Shown in pieces: positions 37,348 through 45,550 of a stretch of DNA of 45,550 nucleotides. Made by a program: the position numbers and the translations under genes. Source of the DNA: Promethearchaeota archaeon (GTDB lineage: Archaea > Asgardarchaeota > Lokiarchaeia > Sigyniarchaeales > SOKP01). The stretch lies in the NCBI GenBank assembly GCA_016839585.1, contig JAEOTZ010000065.1, positions 1 to 45,550 of the forward strand, given 5' to 3'. Positions within the stretch are counted from its first letter, which is position 1. Each line of letters starts with the position of its first letter. Below the pieces are notes generated by a model. It was given only the letters and a program-made list of their open reading frames with translations, was not told where the DNA came from and did no database searches.

Positions 37348-38907
37348 TTAAAATCTTCTGGATAATATTAAAAATATTATACCTACCGCTGCTAATGCTC
37401 CGCCACTGACTCCTAAACCAATAAGTATAGCCATACCAAGGTCATATGGTTCCATAGGTAAATCTTTATCATCTTTTGCTAGTTTATTAACAATATCATC
37501 TCTAAACTTTGGTAGCCAATCAAGAATTTGTTCCATTTGAACATCAGTGAGTACACCATTATATAATTTTAAAGCTACATAAGCAGTACTATTAAAGGGT
37601 TTTGCGCTATACCATTTATTTATTCCACTAACTGTAACAAGTGAATATTCACTTGCCTCATTCCAGAGTGCCATAGTTTGTGTAAGTGTTAAACCTGTTG
37701 CACCTTCTGTTAATCCTACTTCAAAATAGGGTGGTCCATAAATAGGAGGATCCCTCCTGCTTAAAAATCCCTCTGGTAAAATAGATTCACCAAAGATTGT
37801 ACCATTTGCCCATTGTTCATACAAAGCAAATAGTGCAAGTGTTGGTATTGTATAACCTGTTTCAGCTAAAATTAATACTGGTGTAAGATTATTAATAAAG
37901 TTGCCTAACCAACCAAGAACCAGAAGATATTGAGGAGTACTAATACTAAAAGCTATCTCTATCATAGTTTGATATGAGGTATTAAGCCATGCCATTATTC
38001 CTGAATCATTAACAAATGATAAGGGATTTGAATCATCCCAGAGATTCATACAAGTAGACATTGTAAGGTTAGTTGGTATTGGAATACCCGCTTCCAAACC
38101 TGTGGTACCGGGTGGTACTCCAGACTTGAAAAGACTCAAATCAATTGGATCCACAAATTGTGAACCATTTGCCCATTGAGCATAAAATATCATCTCAGCA
38201 AATTCCTCAATTGTAAATCCCCATCCCGAATATGAAGCCTTAACTACAACTTCCCATAAATAGTTATTAATATATCCCGCGAGAGCTTCTAGTTGACTCC
38301 ATGTGGCATTATAATAAAATTGCATTGTAGAATTTAATAGCATATCACCTAATGACGCATTAAGGTAAAGTTCCATATATCCTAAAACGCCTGTTCCTAA
38401 CTCGAGATCGGTTATTAATCCTGGTAAAGATCCATTCCCGTATAGTAAAGAATCTTGAGCATTTGTTGTATAACCAAGATTAGTAATATTTAAATCAAAA
38501 GCTAATAGAGTATCATAATAATCTGATACACCTTGGGGGGTACCATAATCTGCTTGAAAGGTTGGACTATTAAAAAATTGATCTTTAGCAGCGTCTATAC
38601 CAATGAAAAAAGCAACCCCATCTATTGTCTGGTTAATTGCTCTAGCCGCTCCTGAACCATTGATTATTAAAGGTAATTGAGCTATTGCCTCCTCCTTTAG
38701 ACCATTTAAAACGTCAGGAGTAGCTAAACCGGGTAATTGTCCTTCTAAACTTTCAATCGCATCGTCTTTAATTTTTAAAAGCGCTTCAGGTACTCCTTCA
38801 TAGACTTGATCGACAAAATATTGGTTTATAATAAATCCGGTTGGTACTAAACCAGCACCAACAGCTAACAAAACTAATCCAACTATTAATTTAGATTTGC
38901 CATACAT
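37348..38907 (-). CDS. Hypothetical two-TM membrane protein with a large extracellular loop containing an internal tandem repeat
   Basis: Hydrophobic segments at both termini and many NxS/T sequons. YxQWANG and LWx5SL/Fx4GIxxW each occur twice; the QWANG copies are 121 codons apart. Confidence 0.85.
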   Translation of the reverse strand: MYGKSKLIVGLVLLAVGAGLVPTGFIINQYFVDQVYEGVPEALLKIKDDAIESLEGQLPGLATPDVLNGLKEEAIAQLPLIINGSGAARAINQTIDGVAFFIGIDAAKDQFFNSPTFQADYGTPQGVSDYYDTLLAFDLNITNLGYTTNAQDSLLYGNGSLPGLITDLELGTGVLGYMELYLNASLGDMLLNSTMQFYYNATWSQLEALAGYINNYLWEVVVKASYSGWGFTIEEFAEMIFYAQWANGSQFVDPIDLSLFKSGVPPGTTGLEAGIPIPTNLTMSTCMNLWDDSNPLSFVNDSGIMAWLNTSYQTMIEIAFSISTPQYLLVLGWLGNFINNLTPVLILAETGYTIPTLALFALYEQWANGTIFGESILPEGFLSRRDPPIYGPPYFEVGLTEGATGLTLTQTMALWNEASEYSLVTVSGINKWYSAKPFNSTAYVALKLYNGVLTDVQMEQILDWLPKFRDDIVNKLAKDDKDLPMEPYDLGMAILIGLGVSGGALAAVGIIFLILSRRF

Positions 38908-39110
38908 AATATAAAACTTATCAACTTTTTATTTAAAATTTATCATAAAAGTTCGAATAAAATTCATTCTACCCTATAAATTTATTAAGAAATTAAAGTG
39001 CTTAGAAAAAGTAGGACTTGTAAAAAAAATATTATGATCTGTTTTTTTCTAATTCACTATCAGATAGAAAATCATTCCTTAATACTGGTATAGAGAAATT
39101 AAAGATTTTA

Positions 39111-42100
39111 CTATATTTTTTTTAAATTAAATGTTATTGAATTAATGGTATCTTCTTTGATAGCAGAATTACAATATGGACAATTTAAGGCAACTTTTTT
39201 CTTTAATTTAGAGATTATCTTATCTTTCAATGAAGCAGAGCATTCTTTATTAGGACATATATTTAGTTTTGCGAATACTTTGCCATTCTCTTGTGTTAAA
39301 TCATCCAAAAGTATTTCAAGCTTTTTTGCACTTACTTTATCTGATATTAATTCTTTATTTTTTTCAAGATATTTGTTTAAGTATTCAGTTTTAGTACCAA
39401 TTGTTAATGTTATTTCTTCTCCTACTTTAAAATTATTTTTTTTCCGAGAGAATTGAATATTTCTTAATAAATCATTGATTATTCGTTCAGATAAGAGATC
39501 ATCATCAACTGAAACATCTAGATAAACATTACAGAATTTTGATTCAGCTTTAATTAAATTATCTGATTGTTTAACCGATTTCACTATTTCTAATTCTTTA
39601 ACATTTCCAACTTTTTTAATTATCTCTGGAAATTCTATTTTTGGCATGTCTTCTTTAGGTTCGATTATTATTCTTTTATTTGGCCATCTTAATCTTATTC
39701 TATTTTCATCCTTTATCGCCCTGACAATTTCTATTAATTCCCGCGTAAAATGCATTTGTTCCTCTAATTTTAAATCTATTTTTTTCTCATTATATTCAGG
39801 CCAATCTTGTAAATGAATACTTTTTGTATCTTCTAAGCCACTTGATTTTAAGTGTGGTTTATACATTTTAAGAAATAAATCTTCACTTATCATCGGATTA
39901 ACCGGTGCTAATAACAGTAAAACATTATATAAAACACGATAGAGAACAGCCATTATCAAAAGTTTATTAGGATCTTCAGAATATATATCAATTTTTTCCC
40001 GATTTAGCATTATATACCATCTACTTATATCATTTACAATTAAGTCTCTTAATTCACCCGTAATCCATGGTAACTCATAATTATCCGCTAATTCAGTAAT
40101 TTTTTTAATCGTGGAATGTAATCTTGAAAGTATCCATTTATCTAATTTACTAAGAGATTTTTCATCTAATTTTATCTTAGAAGGGTCAAATCCAGCCAAA
40201 TTGAACTTTTCGTTAGCGTATACAAAAACATTCCATATTGTATTTATTATTTTGTAAGTATCAGCATATTCCTTCACTACAAAATTGAAATCCCTACCTG
40301 GTTGTGTTACACCTATGGAATAAAAGCGAAAAGTTTCAATTCCTTTTATATTTGAATAAGATTTATTTTTTTTAAGTTTCTCTAAAGTACCATCAATAAG
40401 ATGTTCAGGATAAATTTGAGTACCTTTTGATTTACTCATTTTTAATTTCTCTCTTAAAGTCCATCCATGCATATAACAAACATTATAATTTTTACGATGA
40501 GATGAAACCATTGCGCTACATAATAGAGTATTAAACCATCCTCTTATCTGATCTTTACCTTCAATTATAAAATCGGCAGGAACCCATGTATCAAAATGAC
40601 TATGTCCATCATAAACTTCATGAGCAGCCCACATTACTGACCCCGAATCTAACCAAACATCTAGAATGTCAGGAATTCTCTTTTTAGTACCTTTATTACA
40701 TTTTATACATTTCCAAGTGACTTTATCAATCCATGGACGATGGAGATCTTCGGGACATTCTCCTGCTATTTCTTTTAATTCTTTCGCTGAGCCTATTACT
40801 GTCATGTCCTTGCATTCTTCATTATCACATATCCATACGCTTAAAGGTATACCCCAAAAACGTTGTCTTGAAATACACCAATCTTTTAATGTAGATAACC
40901 AACTTTTAAACCATTTATTACCTGCCCAATCTGGAACCCAGTAAACCTCACTATTTTTTTTTAGCAACTCAGGTACAAGACTTTCTGTTTTAAAAAACCA
41001 TTGATTTGTCGCTCTATATACTAATTTTGAATCACAACGCCAACAATGAGCATATTCGTGTTCTATTTCGTCAGTTAATATTAATGTACCTTTTTCTTTC
41101 AACAAATCTAAAATTTCTTTATTTGAATCAAATACAAATTTCCCTTCAAACTTTCCTGCTTCTTTCGTATATTCACCCCTTATGTCTACAGGTGTAAAAA
41201 CAGGAATATTATTCGCAACACCTACTTCAAAATCTTCAGGACCATGACCAGGAGCAGAATGAACTAACCCAACACCTTCTGAAACTGAAACATATTCCTC
41301 AGACAATATAATCGAATGAACTGTATCGCTTTCCTTTGCTAATTCTTTTTGATACGGTACTTCATCTAATAATGGATGAATGTATTTCATTCCCTCTAAA
41401 TCCTCACCTTTAAAATCTTCTGCAATCTTATATTTATATCCTAATTCTCCCGAAATTAGATGTGTTATTGATACTTTTGAAAGTATCCAATATTCATCGA
41501 GATCTTCAATATATACTTTAGCATAAGCAGCAAAGGGATTTGCCATAATAGCCTCATTAGCTACTAATGTCCAAGGTGTTGTGGTCCAAATTATAAAATA
41601 AGTCTTTTCCATATCAACAGATTTTATCTTTAAAAACAAACTTATATCTTGAATGTTCTTATATTCATGCTCATGCTTAGCTAAAGCAGTAGCACATCTT
41701 GGGCAGCAATTTAATGGCCTATAAAATTGGTAAAGTAGATTATTCTCCCAGGCCTTCTTTAAAGTCCACCAAACACCTTCAATATAACTATTTTTATAAG
41801 TAATATATGGATTATCCCAATCCCAAAAGTAGCATCCTAATCGTTTAAATTGTTCATTCATTATTTTAAGATTTTTTTGGGCATACTCCTTACAACCCTT
41901 TATAAATTTATCTACACCATAATCAAGAATTTCTTGTTTATTTTTAATTCCTAATTCTTTTTCCATCTGAACTTCAATTGGCAATCCATGAGTATCATAA
42001 CCAGGAGTATCTGTAACTTTAAAACCTCTCATTCGCTTATACTTTATTAAAAAGTCTTTTAAAACTTTATTCCACACAGTTCCAAGGTGAATTAAGCCTG

Positions 42101-42257
42101 TAGTATATGGAGGACCATCAATAAATCGCCAAACTTCCTTTCCTTCCTCTTTTTTTCTTATTTCGGAGTATATATTTTCTTTCTCCCAAAAGTCAATTAC
42201 ATTTTCTTCTAACTTCAGTAAATCTAATTTCTTATCTAATATTTCCACGAAAATCAT
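39111..42257 (-). CDS. ileS: Isoleucine--tRNA ligase (archaeal/eukaryote-like type)
   Basis: DGPPY..G.IHLG, GYDTHGLPIE, WTTTPWTL, DWCISRQRFWG.P, EGKDQ.RGWF and KMSKS motifs. Confidence 0.99.
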   Translation of the reverse strand: MIFVEILDKKLDLLKLEENVIDFWEKENIYSEIRKKEEGKEVWRFIDGPPYTTGLIHLGTVWNKVLKDFLIKYKRMRGFKVTDTPGYDTHGLPIEVQMEKELGIKNKQEILDYGVDKFIKGCKEYAQKNLKIMNEQFKRLGCYFWDWDNPYITYKNSYIEGVWWTLKKAWENNLLYQFYRPLNCCPRCATALAKHEHEYKNIQDISLFLKIKSVDMEKTYFIIWTTTPWTLVANEAIMANPFAAYAKVYIEDLDEYWILSKVSITHLISGELGYKYKIAEDFKGEDLEGMKYIHPLLDEVPYQKELAKESDTVHSIILSEEYVSVSEGVGLVHSAPGHGPEDFEVGVANNIPVFTPVDIRGEYTKEAGKFEGKFVFDSNKEILDLLKEKGTLILTDEIEHEYAHCWRCDSKLVYRATNQWFFKTESLVPELLKKNSEVYWVPDWAGNKWFKSWLSTLKDWCISRQRFWGIPLSVWICDNEECKDMTVIGSAKELKEIAGECPEDLHRPWIDKVTWKCIKCNKGTKKRIPDILDVWLDSGSVMWAAHEVYDGHSHFDTWVPADFIIEGKDQIRGWFNTLLCSAMVSSHRKNYNVCYMHGWTLREKLKMSKSKGTQIYPEHLIDGTLEKLKKNKSYSNIKGIETFRFYSIGVTQPGRDFNFVVKEYADTYKIINTIWNVFVYANEKFNLAGFDPSKIKLDEKSLSKLDKWILSRLHSTIKKITELADNYELPWITGELRDLIVNDISRWYIMLNREKIDIYSEDPNKLLIMAVLYRVLYNVLLLLAPVNPMISEDLFLKMYKPHLKSSGLEDTKSIHLQDWPEYNEKKIDLKLEEQMHFTRELIEIVRAIKDENRIRLRWPNKRIIIEPKEDMPKIEFPEIIKKVGNVKELEIVKSVKQSDNLIKAESKFCNVYLDVSVDDDLLSERIINDLLRNIQFSRKKNNFKVGEEITLTIGTKTEYLNKYLEKNKELISDKVSAKKLEILLDDLTQENGKVFAKLNICPNKECSASLKDKIISKLKKKVALNCPYCNSAIKEDTINSITFNLKKI

Positions 42258-42714
42258 CTAAATGAGTATGTGATTGTATATTATAAGAAATTTAAGTTAA
42301 AAAACTTAATGAATTCACCTAAAAACTTATATATATGAATATAAATTTTAAAAAACCTACTAAATCATTCATTTCAAAAACCCATCCTTAATTTGGGCAC
42401 TAAATTGAAACAGGCTTGGTTTGAACAAACCTCTATTTCGATGATTATGATATTTTTAAAATCTGAACAATGTTTAATTTATCAAATGAAATAACTCTTT
42501 TTTTTTATTAAATAATGTAAAATATTTTTTCAATATAATCGATTGACTTTTAATTAAGGTATTAAATGAGAGAAAATGTATTTTAAAGCAAAACAGGTAT
42601 TTTTTTTAATCAAGAGAACTTTGGTGTGGTAATTCTTCTCGTAAAAGAAACATTTATGAAGAAAAATTAATTAAATCTTAACAATTTTTAATCAAATTTT
42701 AATAGTAAATAGGT

Positions 42715-45550
42715 TTGAGAAACAAAATAAACATTTTTAGGAATTTTATTGTAGTTGCTTTTGTTGCTAGTTTTATAATTGCCTATTTTCTTTTTTTAAT
42801 AAATTTATATATTATTCCTAATAATTATGAACTCCCAATTGTATCATTAATAGGTTTTGCTATAATTATCATCGGGATTTTTTACTTTTTCATTAATTTA
42901 AGTCATGGTAATGAGAGTAATGAAACGTTATTTAATTTCAAAATTTTAAACGAAAATTCTATCAAAATTATTTTAATGAGCCTTATGGTAATTACTTTTT
43001 TTATTCCTCCAATCTCTTTTTCTGATGCAATGATAAATTGGGAACATATTGGATTTTTCAATCTCTTTAGAGCTATCATTTTCCTTATTGGATGCGCATT
43101 TCTACCAGGGGTATGCATTTTTAAAATATTACTTCCAAAGAGTACACTCTATGAGAAATTCAACGTGGAACCTTTTTTACTAAAAATAACTATTTATCCT
43201 CTTTTATCCTTTACATTTTTAGGATGTTATACTTTTATCCTCGATCAAATTGGATTGCTTAGAGAATTTTTTGCGATTGTTTTGTTTATAACAATTATAC
43301 TTTTATTTGTTTTTGATTTCTTGATTCAGAAAATCCGAGATAATAATGAAATAAAATTAAATACAATAGAGATAAAAATATCAAAATACACATCTCTAAT
43401 TTTATTTTTAGCATTAGGGATAATAATAATTGCTCTAGGGATTTTTTTTACCTCAGAATATGGTATGCCAGGTGATTCTTGGAGAGGGATTGAATATGCT
43501 TATTATATTGGCCGCCAAAAAACTATCTATTTGGCTAAATTTTATGGTTCTTATACGGTATATTGGGGTTATATCTCATTTAGTTTAAGTACATTATGCG
43601 GAATACCTTATTTTAATGTTTATGCAATATTATTTCTCTTTTTGTATTTAATTATAACTTCAATATATTTGTTAATGAAGGCTCTATTGCATAGGTTTAA
43701 AGAGATTTATGCTGTATTATCTACCATCTTCATTATAACATTTTCTAATTTATTTTATATAGTTAATTCATCCTTAGGTGGTGTAGGAGCGACATTCGTA
43801 GGAGCAGGGATTTTTTCTTTTTATTTTCGAAGTTATGCCTTTTTTCCGTTATTTTTATCAATAGCTTTATTTATTATCATAGCTAAAACTTCAAATGTAT
43901 CAGAAACTAAACCAATTTTTAAAACTGAGAGATTTATAATTACTTTTTTTGCTGCATTGTTTTTATTACAAAGTTATATGACTTATTTTCTTCCAACTAT
44001 CGCAGGAATATCTCTAACTTTTATATATTGTATATTTTCAAATAAAAAAAGCCAAGATTTAAAATTATTTTTGAATTTTTTATTATTTTTTATCTTATTA
44101 TTTATATCTTTTGATGTGTTATCAGGATTCTTTTTTAGTTGGAAATCCTCTACTTTTTTAACTTACTTTTTAGGAATCTCTCCACCTCTTCTTAGAGAGG
44201 TTTTAATATTAAATGCTATATTAATTTATTTATTTTTAATTGGATTTTTCCTCCTTAGTTTTCTTATTTATAAAATTTATATTAAGTTTTTTTCTAGAGA
44301 TAGAAAAAGAGATTTGAAATTTAAGATTAGTTCAAAATCCATCTTTAAATTTATTTTATTCATTTTTACTGAGTTTTTGATAATTGAAATATTACATATT
44401 ATCGTAATAAAAATAATGGAACCTTTTTTGATAATTAACAAAAATTTCTTTACATTTTACTTAGATCTTATATTTGCAAATATAGGATTAATTGGTATTT
44501 TAGGAATCTATTTATCTTATTTTTGTTTTAAAAAAAATAGACAGCTATTTTATGTTTTATTTTCTTGGTTTCTTTTTACAATAGGTTTAGCTTCGATTTT
44601 AATATTTAGAAGATGGTTACAATATCCATTTACTACAGTTTCAGAGATACCATCTAATGAATCATTCTATATGATGTATTGGTATACTCGAAATTGGTAC
44701 TATTTAATCATTCCTCTTTCTATTTTTTCTTCAATAGGAATAATAAAATTAATAAAAAGTATTAAATCAAAAATACTTATAAAAGACCTTAATAAAACTA
44801 AGAAGTTAATTCCTTATTTAATTCTTATATCTTCTTTAATCTTCTTATCCTTTTCAAATACACTAATTGCCGGATTGAAAATATATAATCGTGGCATCTA
44901 TGACCGTGATTTTCACGTTAAAGATGAAGAAGCTCAAATGTTCGGTTGGGTTACAGAAAATATTCCCCGTGATTCTAAAATATTGATTGATAGATATCAA
45001 ATGTATCATTTGCGTGATATGGGACCATTCAATATATGTTTTATTGAGTTGGAAATCAAAGAAGCGTGTGATAATTTTTATTATGGATGTCAATATGGCT
45101 GGGAAATTACTTATGAATTTGATTCGGACTGCAGCGTTGATTTTATAGAAGAATTAGATAGTCATGAAAGTATTTTAAATTTTAAAGACCAAAATTATAA
45201 TGGTTCAGCATCTATTGTAATCAAATTCAATTCTGCTCAAGAATATGGATCTATTGAATTTTTTATAAGAACTACAAATAAATCAAAACTTTTTGAGATA
45301 GATTTTTCTTCTTCTGAAAATACTACAGGGATTTCATTTTCAATAAATTCTGATGCATTTTGTTATTATAATGGAAGTAGTTTTAATAAAATTCTTGATA
45401 TAGAAAATGACGTATGGTATCCGTTAAAATTTGATTTTGAATGTACAGATGGAAATTATACGGGATTAAGTCAATATAATTGGAAAATAACTATTAATGG
45501 GACTGATTATGGAGAATTTAAATTCTTAAATAATTTAAGTCAAGTAGAAA
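42715..45550 (+). CDS. Large polytopic membrane protein (GT-C-like) with a C-terminal extracellular beta-sandwich domain; truncated by the window end
   Basis: Not in the ORF track because it has no stop in the window. The frame is open from TTG 42715 for at least 945 codons: MRNKINIFRNFIVV..., many TM helices, PGDSW in an early loop, EEAQMFGWVTENIPRDSKIL after the last TM, then GSIEFFIRTT...WYPLKFDFECTDGNYTGLSQYNW. Confidence 0.85.
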   Translation, partial: MRNKINIFRNFIVVAFVASFIIAYFLFLINLYIIPNNYELPIVSLIGFAIIIIGIFYFFINLSHGNESNETLFNFKILNENSIKIILMSLMVITFFIPPISFSDAMINWEHIGFFNLFRAIIFLIGCAFLPGVCIFKILLPKSTLYEKFNVEPFLLKITIYPLLSFTFLGCYTFILDQIGLLREFFAIVLFITIILLFVFDFLIQKIRDNNEIKLNTIEIKISKYTSLILFLALGIIIIALGIFFTSEYGMPGDSWRGIEYAYYIGRQKTIYLAKFYGSYTVYWGYISFSLSTLCGIPYFNVYAILFLFLYLIITSIYLLMKALLHRFKEIYAVLSTIFIITFSNLFYIVNSSLGGVGATFVGAGIFSFYFRSYAFFPLFLSIALFIIIAKTSNVSETKPIFKTERFIITFFAALFLLQSYMTYFLPTIAGISLTFIYCIFSNKKSQDLKLFLNFLLFFILLFISFDVLSGFFFSWKSSTFLTYFLGISPPLLREVLILNAILIYLFLIGFFLLSFLIYKIYIKFFSRDRKRDLKFKISSKSIFKFILFIFTEFLIIEILHIIVIKIMEPFLIINKNFFTFYLDLIFANIGLIGILGIYLSYFCFKKNRQLFYVLFSWFLFTIGLASILIFRRWLQYPFTTVSEIPSNESFYMMYWYTRNWYYLIIPLSIFSSIGIIKLIKSIKSKILIKDLNKTKKLIPYLILISSLIFLSFSNTLIAGLKIYNRGIYDRDFHVKDEEAQMFGWVTENIPRDSKILIDRYQMYHLRDMGPFNICFIELEIKEACDNFYYGCQYGWEITYEFDSDCSVDFIEELDSHESILNFKDQNYNGSASIVIKFNSAQEYGSIEFFIRTTNKSKLFEIDFSSSENTTGISFSINSDAFCYYNGSSFNKILDIENDVWYPLKFDFECTDGNYTGLSQYNWKITINGTDYGEFKFLNNLSQVE

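Noticed and set aside
2788-45093. Short ORFs in the track that overlap longer genes (e.g. 2788-3000, 7299-7481, 13593-13832, 18512-18811, 18896-19108, 19642-19914, 22196-22501, 25566-25895, 27174-27446, 27250-27537, 28402-28611, 29005-29289, 29681-29920, 30660-30860, 30981-31187, 35747-35929, 39145-39456, 40666-40944, 41006-41197, 42903-43118, 44863-45093)
   Set aside because: They are antisense or alternate-frame shadows of well-supported genes and show no recognisable motifs.
42715-45550. Oligosaccharyltransferase AglB/STT3
   Set aside because: There is no WWDYG motif at the expected position after the last TM.
1-45550. CRISPR arrays, tRNA/rRNA genes, transposases
   Set aside because: I saw no regularly spaced repeats, no GC-rich structured RNA segments and no transposase motifs; small ncRNAs could be missed by eye.

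Overview
AT-rich archaeal window, most likely from a Lokiarchaeia (Asgard) genome. This is inferred from the archaeal-type PheRS and IleRS, BRE-TATA promoters, GGTGA ribosome-binding sites and extracellular motifs I associate with Lokiarchaeia. Housekeeping anchors (pheS-pheT-pheA-rph on the left, ileS on the right) enclose a ~30 kb surface-glycan locus. It encodes a TagF-like polyol-phosphate transferase, GT4/GT2 glycosyltransferases, two FkbM methyltransferases, a Wzx-type flippase, a CDP-6-deoxyhexose module (rfbF-rfbG-reductase), a CapK-like adenylating enzyme, a heparinase II/III-like protein and WecB. Two compact modules stand out. (1) An RHH-sat-AlkP-cysC cassette that makes PAPS but has no canonical sulfotransferase or reductase; its RHH protein ends in the RLRDLGY tail that the AlkP enzyme lacks. 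This is a candidate novel glycan-sulfation system. (2) An 8-gene operon interleaving heptose synthesis (hddA, gmhA, gmhB and a catalytically degenerate HldE-type kinase) with the non-oxidative pentose phosphate enzymes that supply sedoheptulose-7-P. The ORF track missed several features: a diverged duplicate of the pheS promoter/5' end joined to a coaD 3' remnant, a GT2 whose N-terminal domain has no canonical start codon, and two genes truncated by the window edges. All assignments come from motif recognition only; no searches were run.
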